Origin: a virus
Length of the DNA: 64,000 nucleotides
IMG/VR virus record: IMGVR_UViG_3300010373_000004
Location: 1-64,000 of that record
Direction: 5' to 3' (one strand)
Under the pieces are notes generated by a model that saw only the letters and a program-made list of their open reading frames with translations, was not told the origin of the DNA and ran no database searches. The position numbers and the translations under genes were made by a program. Of this stretch, positions 56,454 through 64,000 are shown piece after piece (position 1 is the first letter of the stretch; every line of letters starts with the position of its first letter).

Positions 56454-56939
56454 ATGAAAGTATACGTAGCTGGCTCATGGGATGCCAGACAAACATGCAG
56501 AGAAATCGCTAACCATGTAGCTAGCAAAGGACACGTTGTTCTTTCTAACTGGTTGTATTGGGAACCACCAGAGGACGTTCTTGCTAATTCTAAGAAGCTT
56601 AATATGCTTATTAAGAAGATGGACTGCGACGGCGTTAGAAATGCTGATGCAATTATCGTCTTTACAGAAGTACCTTCAACTAAGCATGGTTTCTATTTTG
56701 AAACAGGAATGGCGGAAGGCTGGAACGCTCTAGTTCGTTACATGGGTAGCCAGATGGCGAATCTAGAGAAAATCATCTATATGATAGGTAAGCAGCCAGA
56801 AGATTTGTGTGCTTTCTTGGCAGGCTATAGAACCTATCCAACGCTGGACGATTTCTATCATCATTGGCCTAAGATGGGTGATTCCAATGAGATTGATCTG
56901 ACAGCTATTACTCCACTTATTGGTCCTAGTGATAACTAG
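56454..56939 (+). CDS. Nucleoside 2-deoxyribosyltransferase-like protein
   Basis: 'KVYVAG', 'D..GVRNADAII', 'G..FETGMA'. Confidence 0.75.
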   Translation: MKVYVAGSWDARQTCREIANHVASKGHVVLSNWLYWEPPEDVLANSKKLNMLIKKMDCDGVRNADAIIVFTEVPSTKHGFYFETGMAEGWNALVRYMGSQMANLEKIIYMIGKQPEDLCAFLAGYRTYPTLDDFYHHWPKMGDSNEIDLTAITPLIGPSDN

Positions 56940-56946
56940 GACTTTA

Positions 56947-57018
56947 CCCGACAAGATGTTAAGGCGGCATACACGACTCTTAATCGTAGAAGTGAGGGTT
57001 CGAATCCCTCTGTCGGGA
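56947..57018 (+). tRNA. tRNA-Lys(CTT)
   Basis: Cloverleaf. Confidence 0.8.
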
Positions 57019-57245
57019 CGATATTATGGCTAATAAAAGAATATCACATGACTGGACTGGACAACTTGGTGGTGTTTTCAAGTGTTCAGTTTGCAGAACA
57101 ACATTAACAGATAAAACACTAAACAGTGGTTGTCAAGGTACACGGCATCGGAGTGATAATGAACATGTTTCATTTGGAGAGCCGTTAAGAAATATAGGAC
57201 AGATAATGCAAGCCTTGTCTCCAGAAACAGTAAAAGCACTTAAAA

Positions 57246-58133
57246 ATGCAGCGTAATCAAAAGATTATATTCATGCGAGGACTGCCAGGTTCTGGTAAGT
57301 CCACATGGGCAAAAGCAAAGGTACAAGAAGAACCAAACATCTGGTATCGTATCAATCGAGATACGCTGCGAGAAATGATTGTAGAACCAAAGCTATCCAT
57401 TCAAGAGAAGAAGGTAGCGAAGTGTCGTGACGCTCTAATTGTTCATGCAATTCAAGATGGTCAAAATGTAATCATTGATGATACTAATCTTGATATAGAT
57501 TCTATTCAGGCTCATGTAAAAGACTTGTTGGTGAATACTGTCCATACATTTACGGTGGATTTTGAAGTTCAAGATTTTACATGGGTTCCACTGGAGGAAT
57601 GTATAAAGCGTGATAAGAATAGACGTGGTGAGAGTGTTGGTGAGCACGTTATCAGGCGCATGCATCACCAGTATCTTGCTCCAAAACAAGATAAGCCTGC
57701 ATATAATCCTTCACTGCCGTGGGCTATTATCTGTGATCTGGATGGAACCTTAGCTAAGATTATAGATAGAAGTCCTTATGAAGCAAAGTATGAGACTGAC
57801 GTTCCACGGGAATCACTTACTAGTTTATTGCGAGCGCATTACTTCCACTATAACGATAAGATTGTATTTGTTTCGGCACGCGAAGATCAGTACAGAGAAA
57901 AGACTATTGACTGGCTACGGAATACAGCTAATTTTTGGGACCTCGCCTTCGATCTTATCATGCGAAAGACAGAGGACTTTCGTAACGATGCAATCGTCAA
58001 AGAAGAAATATACGAAAATCAAATAAAGCCTAATTACAATGTTAGGTTTGTGTTAGATGACAGGGATAGAGTTGTACAAATGTGGAGAGATAAGGGACTA
58101 GATTGTCTCCAGGTTGATTATGGCGAATTTTAA
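57246..58133 (+). CDS. pseT: Polynucleotide 5'-kinase/3'-phosphatase (T4 Pnk-like)
   Basis: GLPGSGKST, RINRD, IIDDTNL kinase; CDLDGTL, VSAR, VLDDR HAD phosphatase. Confidence 0.9.
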   Translation: MQRNQKIIFMRGLPGSGKSTWAKAKVQEEPNIWYRINRDTLREMIVEPKLSIQEKKVAKCRDALIVHAIQDGQNVIIDDTNLDIDSIQAHVKDLLVNTVHTFTVDFEVQDFTWVPLEECIKRDKNRRGESVGEHVIRRMHHQYLAPKQDKPAYNPSLPWAIICDLDGTLAKIIDRSPYEAKYETDVPRESLTSLLRAHYFHYNDKIVFVSAREDQYREKTIDWLRNTANFWDLAFDLIMRKTEDFRNDAIVKEEIYENQIKPNYNVRFVLDDRDRVVQMWRDKGLDCLQVDYGEF

Positions 58134-58319
58134 TTCAGTTGTAGCTTGGGATAAAGACTCAATGGCTACATTAAATAGAATTGTTGGTAATTTGGAGAAC
58201 AAACTGTCATCACTAAAGAGACTTCGCCTCCAGTGTCATGAACAAACTCCTGATGTTAAGAAACCTGTCGTTGATCTAAACGACATACTAAAAGAAATAC
58301 TAATGAGAGATATAACTTA

Positions 58320-59249
58320 GTGCTAGCTATACCAAGTTACGTAAAGATAGCTCACGCTGGTGATGGTATTGCTGCTAATGCTTTTATCGGCACCGAAATT
58401 ATCATTCAAGAAAAGATAGATGGTTCGCAATTCGGCTTCGGTTGGAACGAGAATGGAGATTTGACTTGCCGGTCTAAAGGTAAAGTTCAAGATATCGACG
58501 CTCCTGATAAGATGTTCACACTAGCAGTAGAGTATTGTCGAGGACTGGAAACACGACTTCCGGACACATATTTCTACTGTGAGTATTTGAATAAACCAAA
58601 GCACAATGTTCTTTGCTACGACCATACACCAAAGCACAATTTAGTTCTTTTTGATGTACTTCAACCAGATGGACAGTTTATTGGCAAAGATAGAAAATCA
58701 CTAGAGTATTCAGCAGAGGTTCTTGGAATAGATGTTGTTCCAGAACTGTATCGTGGTCCAGTTGATTTACAACTGATCAAGGATATGACTGAAACTCCAC
58801 CTGAAAGTTTCTTAGGTCGAGAAAAGATTGAAGGTGTTGTCTGCAAGAACTATGATCAAGTAGTAAACTTCTATGGCCATCTTTTTCCTTTAATGGTAAA
58901 GCATGTTCGTGAAGCATTTAAGGAAAAGCACTCTATTGAGTGGTCATCACCAGAGAAGGCATCCACTAGACTTAATGCACAGACATTCGTCCAGTCTTTT
59001 AAAACAGATGGTCGCTGGCAGAAGGCAATCATCCATGCCAGAGAGAATGGAACGTTAACCAACTCTCCAAAGGATATCGGTCCTCTTATTAGAATTATTC
59101 AAGAGGATATCAAGGAAGAAGAACGAGAATATATAAAGGCAACACTGTATAGTCTTTATATAGATGATGTTCTTAGAAATGCTATATCAGGATTTCCTGA
59201 GTGGTACAAGAATAAACTATTAGAAGGTGCGTTTGAAAAAGTAGCATGA
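58320..59249 (+). CDS. RNA ligase (Rnl2-like)
   Basis: QEKIDGSQF (motif I), YCEY, LFDV, EGVVCKN. Confidence 0.85.
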   Translation: MLAIPSYVKIAHAGDGIAANAFIGTEIIIQEKIDGSQFGFGWNENGDLTCRSKGKVQDIDAPDKMFTLAVEYCRGLETRLPDTYFYCEYLNKPKHNVLCYDHTPKHNLVLFDVLQPDGQFIGKDRKSLEYSAEVLGIDVVPELYRGPVDLQLIKDMTETPPESFLGREKIEGVVCKNYDQVVNFYGHLFPLMVKHVREAFKEKHSIEWSSPEKASTRLNAQTFVQSFKTDGRWQKAIIHARENGTLTNSPKDIGPLIRIIQEDIKEEEREYIKATLYSLYIDDVLRNAISGFPEWYKNKLLEGAFEKVA

Positions 59250-59593
59250 AAGAAGGTTTTGGAGCAGTAGCAACATTTTTAGTTGTCGCTGTATTTCTAA
59301 CAGCATTAGGTATAGGAGGTGTGTTCCTGTGGGCTAAGATGGAACGTCCACTGAATGATATTCATAGACAGGCAACAGAATGTAGTCTTGAATATGTAAA
59401 TAGTACACAGGCAACACTACAAGCACAGATTACGCAGTATAACGGATTTGGACCCGATACTACTGAGGGACAGAAGCGAGCACTTATTAGTCAGATGCAC
59501 GCTGAAATCAATGTAATTGATACTTGTAGTGACAATAACAATCCTGTTCCTCCAGCAATCCGGTCGTTTATTAACGCCCATCCAGTTAATTAA
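59247..59593 (+). CDS. Membrane protein (start approximate)
   Basis: N-terminal TM helix. Confidence 0.6.
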
Positions 59594-59609
59594 CAAAAGA
59601 TAAAGAGAT

Positions 59610-60221
59610 ATGAAAAGAAACATTTTCGGCATCCTGGGTATTCTCGCTCTTATTACTACGATTTTCCTTAATGCTTGTAGTGCGGAAGCACAGTCTACGA
59701 GTAAAGCTAACGTAGCAGAAAATCAAGTAGTGCTCAATCAACAAGATCACTATAACAAGACTCAACCAGTTCCCTACTTTGATTTCAGCTTGAAGCGACA
59801 GATTCTGATTGACTACTATAAGGCAGCTAATTCAGCAGTCAGTACATTTAGTTATGTTTTGACGCAGTTCCCACAGCCACAAATGCATCTTATTTGTCCA
59901 TCCGTAAGCTTTCCTATTCAGGGTGGTACACAGTTAACAAATGGACAGCAAGCAACTGAATACGCTGCTGATGGCACTAGAGCATGTTATAATGGTTGCT
60001 CACTCGCAACAATTGGACAAGCTGAACCTGACGGCTCATTCTCTCCAGCTAATGGACAAGGAACAATTGTTTTGTGTTTGAACGATGACGGAACTGCTGC
60101 TCCAGTTTATCAAGAAGGTGAAGTTTATACGTATCCGTATAAGTTAGCTAACGCAGATGAAAAACTTATGGCGCGTAGTGGAAAGTCTAGTATAAATCTT
60201 GACACCAAACAGCACGAATAA
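59610..60221 (+). CDS. Lipoprotein
   Basis: Signal peptide with lipobox LNA-C. Confidence 0.7.
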   Translation: MKRNIFGILGILALITTIFLNACSAEAQSTSKANVAENQVVLNQQDHYNKTQPVPYFDFSLKRQILIDYYKAANSAVSTFSYVLTQFPQPQMHLICPSVSFPIQGGTQLTNGQQATEYAADGTRACYNGCSLATIGQAEPDGSFSPANGQGTIVLCLNDDGTAAPVYQEGEVYTYPYKLANADEKLMARSGKSSINLDTKQHE

Positions 60222-60891
60222 AACAAATATACTAAAGGTTCTTGTGGGTAGCCACGCTCATGGACTGGCTACTCCAGAATCTGACTACGATTATCGTGGT
60301 GTGTTTGTTGTACCAACGAGAGAAATCCTCTCTCTTGGTAGTAGAATTAAGAACACTAATTGGATCGAAGGTAATGTCGATGATACTTCTTGGGAGGTCG
60401 GACATTTTCTTAACTTGGCGGTCCACTGCAATCCAACTATTCTAGAAGTATTTGCTGCTCCTAAAACACCTAAAGATTGTGATCCTTATTGGGGAGATCA
60501 ACTGGCGGAACTGTTTGATTATTTGTGGAATCCAAATGACGTTAAAAATGCGTTTATGGGTTATTCACATAACCAACAGAAGAAGTTTCTGGATGGTAAG
60601 GATGCCAAGTCAGCTAAATTTGCTTGCGCTTATCTAAGAGTTTTAGTTCAAGCAGATTTTCTCTTGACTTATCAAAAAATGCTTGTTGACTTTCGCGACA
60701 CGCCGGTGTATAATACATTGGTACGTTGGAAAGCCTGGAAGCAAGAAGATATAGACTACGGTGAAGTTATGTCTATATGCAAATATTGGGAAGGGAAAGT
60801 CCTTGAAGCGTATGATCGATGCAAATCTCATACCCCGGATATAAACAAGGTTAACGATTACCTTCTTAGAGTGCGCCAGAGATTCTGGTAG
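60199..60891 (+). CDS. Nucleotidyltransferase (Pol-beta superfamily)
   Basis: 'LVGSHAHGLATPESDYDYRGVF', 'NPTILE'. Confidence 0.85.
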   Translation: MTPNSTNKTNILKVLVGSHAHGLATPESDYDYRGVFVVPTREILSLGSRIKNTNWIEGNVDDTSWEVGHFLNLAVHCNPTILEVFAAPKTPKDCDPYWGDQLAELFDYLWNPNDVKNAFMGYSHNQQKKFLDGKDAKSAKFACAYLRVLVQADFLLTYQKMLVDFRDTPVYNTLVRWKAWKQEDIDYGEVMSICKYWEGKVLEAYDRCKSHTPDINKVNDYLLRVRQRFW

Positions 60892-60898
60892 CACTATT

Positions 60899-60969
60899 AG
60901 GGGCTTAGGCTAGAGGTAAACTGAGGGTCTCCAAAACCCAAGTCGAGAGTTCGATTCTCTCAGCCCCTG
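60899..60969 (+). tRNA. tRNA-Trp(CCA)
   Basis: Cloverleaf. Confidence 0.85.
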
Positions 60970-61236
60970 CGATGAACATTCTTATATTAGAAGAAGCTAA
61001 TGACGTTTTCATTAAACCATTCTATCTTTTACAAACCCGAGAATCAGTCTCCTTACCTGTCGCTAGCGCGTTATCCAGAAACAGGTCAAATCATTTTTAT
61101 ATGGTTCGTGAAGTTCCTAGATTTCGCTCCACTTTCTGGATGGCGGATATACTTTGGTGGCGTCCTGAGTATGTGGTAAACATAGCTGATTGGGAAGTAT
61201 GGGTAGATTTCAATAAATATTTATTAGGTAAAGGCC

Positions 61237-61680
61237 GTGACTAAACGAGCACAGATTATTGACGAAGGTCATGAACAAACACAATTTGTGACTGGTGGAC
61301 GCAGAGAGATTATCCCAGGTAAAGGACGCTTTGATCTTATTCCTCCAGAACCAATTACAGAATCATCACAGCATTTTGAGGCTGGTGCAAATAAGTATGC
61401 AGAACGTAATTGGGAACAAGGCTTACCTTTAAGTACATTTTATAACTCACTCAGTCGTCATCTACGTGACTGGTATATGTATGGTAAGACAGATGAAAAT
61501 CATTTAGCTGCACTTGTATGGAATGCTATGTGTGCTTTAGCAACACAACGACGTATTGATGCAGGAACATTACCAGCATCATTAGATACGCGACCAGCTA
61601 CAGCGATAACAAATTGGAATTGCTCTCTTGGTGGAACGGTAGACACAGCAGATTCAAAACCTGCCGCTCTAACAGCGTGA
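61237..61680 (+). CDS. dATP/dGTP diphosphohydrolase-like protein (DUF5664-type)
   Basis: 'GKGRFDLIP...GANKYAERNWEQG...SLSRHL...HLAALVWN'. Confidence 0.75.
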   Translation: MTKRAQIIDEGHEQTQFVTGGRREIIPGKGRFDLIPPEPITESSQHFEAGANKYAERNWEQGLPLSTFYNSLSRHLRDWYMYGKTDENHLAALVWNAMCALATQRRIDAGTLPASLDTRPATAITNWNCSLGGTVDTADSKPAALTA

Positions 61681-61703
61681 GAGTTCGAATCTCTCAGAGA
61701 GTA
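61622..61703 (+). tRNA. tRNA-Leu(CAA)
   Basis: Leu-type D loop and variable arm; loop TT-CAA-AA. Confidence 0.85.
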
Positions 61704-61707
61704 CAAT

Positions 61708-61778
61708 GCGGTTGTGGTATAGTGGTAGAATGCGACCTTGCCAAGGTTGAGACGCGAGTTCAATTCTCGCCAGCCGCA
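61708..61778 (+). tRNA. tRNA-Gly(GCC)
   Basis: Cloverleaf. Confidence 0.9.
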
Positions 61779-61789
61779 CGGAGTAAATA

Positions 61790-62245
61790 ATGATACACGC
61801 AACACAGATAAGAGATAGACTTTGGATAGGTTCACACCAGGCTTATGATGAAGTTGCTAATGGTAATCCAGATAATATAACAGCTATACTTAATGTGGCA
61901 ATGGATTATGTTCCTAAGCATACAATTCATCCACACAACGTTAAGTATGCTAAAATCAATCTTGGTGATGGATTAGACAATCCACAAGAACAAATAGATT
62001 TAGCCGTGTTGGTTGGATACATTTACTACACTAACGGTAATAATCTTCTTATTCACTGTATTTCTGGTGTAAGTCGTAGTCCGCACATCGCAACCAAAAT
62101 TCTTCTTCGTGATGACTTTTTGTTTGGTGCTACTTATGATAGTATTTATCAAGAGATAAAGTATAAGCGTCCAGAAGTACAGGTTCCTAGTTTCATGGAT
62201 GCTCGTCCTGAAAGTCTTAAAATTAGAATGTTAAACGAAGTATAG
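61790..62245 (+). CDS. Dual-specificity (CX5R) phosphatase
   Basis: 'IHCISGVSRS' P-loop. Confidence 0.85.
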   Translation: MIHATQIRDRLWIGSHQAYDEVANGNPDNITAILNVAMDYVPKHTIHPHNVKYAKINLGDGLDNPQEQIDLAVLVGYIYYTNGNNLLIHCISGVSRSPHIATKILLRDDFLFGATYDSIYQEIKYKRPEVQVPSFMDARPESLKIRMLNEV

Positions 62246-62494
62246 ATGGCTGGTTATGTTAGTCCTCCTACGGACGTTAGATACAAAAGACCCATTGACG
62301 GCGACACGTTCCAAGAGTTGGTAAGACAACTTAATGCTGGAGAAAGATTAGCTATTCTTGCAGATGCTCGACACAATCGTACCGGGTATTCTGCACATGT
62401 ATGTCCTATTATAGAGACTCAGGAAGAATTTGATTCTTGGATGCTGAAATGGACAGACGAAGGATACTACATAATTCATCCATATGCAGTATAA
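62246..62494 (+). CDS. Hypothetical protein
   Basis: Abutting ORF. Confidence 0.5.
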   Translation: MAGYVSPPTDVRYKRPIDGDTFQELVRQLNAGERLAILADARHNRTGYSAHVCPIIETQEEFDSWMLKWTDEGYYIIHPYAV

Positions 62495-62637
62495 GATAAT
62501 TAGTTACACGTGGCCTGCTCATTTAGAAGAAGAAATAAATACGCTTGCTAAAGAAGGCTGGCGACTTATGAACCCAGGTGTACAAATGAGTTGTGTAGGA
62601 ACAGATATTTACTACTACTGCACACTTTGGAAATCAG

Positions 62638-63555
62638 ATGGAACCCATTAGAGTAGACGTATCTGGAATGAAGCTTTGGCGCGACTGCCAATTAGCTCAT
62701 TATCTTAGCTATGTTCGTAAGCTTCAACCTAAAGGCTCTAGTAATCCTAAAAGTCCGCTCATTTATGGCTCTATAGGTCATGATGGGCTGGAGGGATGGT
62801 ATACGCCATCTACCTATCATGATGACCAAGCCTCTGTTCTCGCCAGCACTAAATCTTGGGCCAGATATCGCGCAACAGATGAACGCGCAGAAGAAAACAA
62901 ACTTGAATGGGGAACACTTCTTGCTGGTGTAACAGGGAACCTTGTTAACTACCATAAGTTTTATCGTGAAGAAGATGTGCATCCTCTTAATCCAGAGCAA
63001 CCATTTGAGTTAGAATTAACTTCCGATGTTTCACTATATGGCAAGATTGACTCCTTCATTGAATATAAAGGTAGTAATGATCTGGACTATAAGATTTGGA
63101 TTCTTGAACACAAGTTTTATAAGACCATTCCAAATGATCTTACTTACCTCAATTGGGATTTTCAAACGTCGGTTTACTCCTTTGTGGGCCGCGCGTTGTT
63201 TGGGGAACGGTTCGGTGGAGTTCTATACAATTTTATCCGTAAAGTAGTTCCCAAAGACCCTGAGAATCCACAATTCCTAAGACAAGAAATAACCAGACCA
63301 AAAGAACTTCTTAAGTCTATTGCTAAGTTCGTTGTTGTGCAAGCACGACAAATGAATATGGTTTATGAACGTGGTCCTATTTGGTTAGTTCCCAAGTTAG
63401 ATTCAAGCCCAATGTATAACAACACCTGTAAAGGGTGTATGTTTAATCGTGATGCCTGTAAAGCCTTTAGAGAAGGTGGCGATTGGGAAGGCATCCTAGA
63501 AAACAATTATATGGCTCGTCCAGAATATGCGAACCATGAAGAAGCAGATTTATAA
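62638..63555 (+). CDS. PD-(D/E)xK Cas4/RecB-like exonuclease
   Basis: C...GSIGH...GKID...ILEHK...Q...Y...CKGC.F...C. Confidence 0.85.
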   Translation: MEPIRVDVSGMKLWRDCQLAHYLSYVRKLQPKGSSNPKSPLIYGSIGHDGLEGWYTPSTYHDDQASVLASTKSWARYRATDERAEENKLEWGTLLAGVTGNLVNYHKFYREEDVHPLNPEQPFELELTSDVSLYGKIDSFIEYKGSNDLDYKIWILEHKFYKTIPNDLTYLNWDFQTSVYSFVGRALFGERFGGVLYNFIRKVVPKDPENPQFLRQEITRPKELLKSIAKFVVVQARQMNMVYERGPIWLVPKLDSSPMYNNTCKGCMFNRDACKAFREGGDWEGILENNYMARPEYANHEEADL

Positions 63556-63980
63556 TGGTACAAGAAGAATTAGATAAGTTAGTGGCTGGTGTCACTCCTT
63601 CCAGCTATATTAAAGACGCGATGCGCACAAACAGTCTTGCTGGTAATGACCCTGAGACATTGGTAGGTGCTATCAATCATCCTACGTTTGGAGTACGTTA
63701 CGTTACCGTTGGTGACTTGATGCTTCAAGATGCTGGATGGGGAATTACAGGTGAAGCTGGAGAGGTTGCTGATTTGATAAAGAAGCAATACTCTATGAAT
63801 CATCCAACAGACGATGACAAGCTTGCTAAAGAAACTGGTGATGTTCTTTGGTATGTAGCAGAGATTTGTTTAGTTAAGGGTTGGACATTCAAGCAGCTAA
63901 TGGCTGCAAACGTTAAGAAGTTGGCAGAAAGATATGGCGACAAGTTTACAACAGAAAAGTCTCTCAACAGAGCAGCATGA
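63555..63980 (+). CDS. MazG-like NTP pyrophosphohydrolase
   Basis: 'GITGEAGEVADLIKK...KETGDVLWY...NVKKLAERY'. Confidence 0.85.
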   Translation: MVQEELDKLVAGVTPSSYIKDAMRTNSLAGNDPETLVGAINHPTFGVRYVTVGDLMLQDAGWGITGEAGEVADLIKKQYSMNHPTDDDKLAKETGDVLWYVAEICLVKGWTFKQLMAANVKKLAERYGDKFTTEKSLNRAA

Positions 63981-64000
63981 AGATTATAGAGACAACGATC

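Noticed and set aside
61622-61703. Possible Sec/opal suppressor tRNA (TTCAAAA loop)
   Set aside because: The 7-nt loop centres on CAA and the body is Leu-type
50049-61778. tRNA-associated HDV-like (theta) ribozymes
   Set aside because: I could not find the nested double pseudoknot with L3 and J4/2 consensus after any tRNA by eye; a descriptor search is still worthwhile
303-63803. Many short antisense or out-of-frame ORFs in the track (e.g. 34281..34784, 35759..36205, 54388..54684)
   Set aside because: They are shadows of longer motif-bearing genes or overlap tRNAs, with no RBS or recognisable motifs
1-64000. Alternative genetic code
   Set aside because: Genes are long and tightly packed under code 11, ending in TAA, TAG and TGA

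Overview
The window is part of a large tailed-phage genome (myovirus type: tail sheath plus tail tube; standard code 11). Bases 1-34.9 kb are one minus-strand morphogenesis arm. In transcription order it carries small and GpA-type large terminase, portal, a holin-like gene, a glycosyltransferase/methyltransferase cassette, fibre genes, a lysis-like cassette, protease/scaffold/major capsid, neck, sheath, tube, frameshifted tail chaperones, tape measure, and a baseplate-hub/M23 peptidase gene missing from the ORF track. Bases 35.4-64 kb are a divergent plus-strand early/middle arm. It carries an AAA+/partner pair, nucleotidyltransferases, RNase H, DNA ligase, a candidate origin, 27 tRNAs plus 2 aberrant tRNA-like RNAs, Pnk plus RNA ligase, and nucleotide-pool enzymes. 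The most striking signals are at the RNA level: (i) a pseudoknot-stimulated -1 frameshift that appears necessary to give a C39-like peptidase its catalytic Cys; (ii) three self-cleaving ribozyme motifs (two hammerheads, one with a hairpin inserted in its core, and a permuted twister) placed just after stop codons in the early arm; (iii) a series of small H-type pseudoknots and tRNA mimics between the tRNAs; (iv) a nucleotidyltransferase fused to a ribosomal bL12 C-terminal-like domain. All calls were made by eye from motifs; no database searches or folding programs were run.
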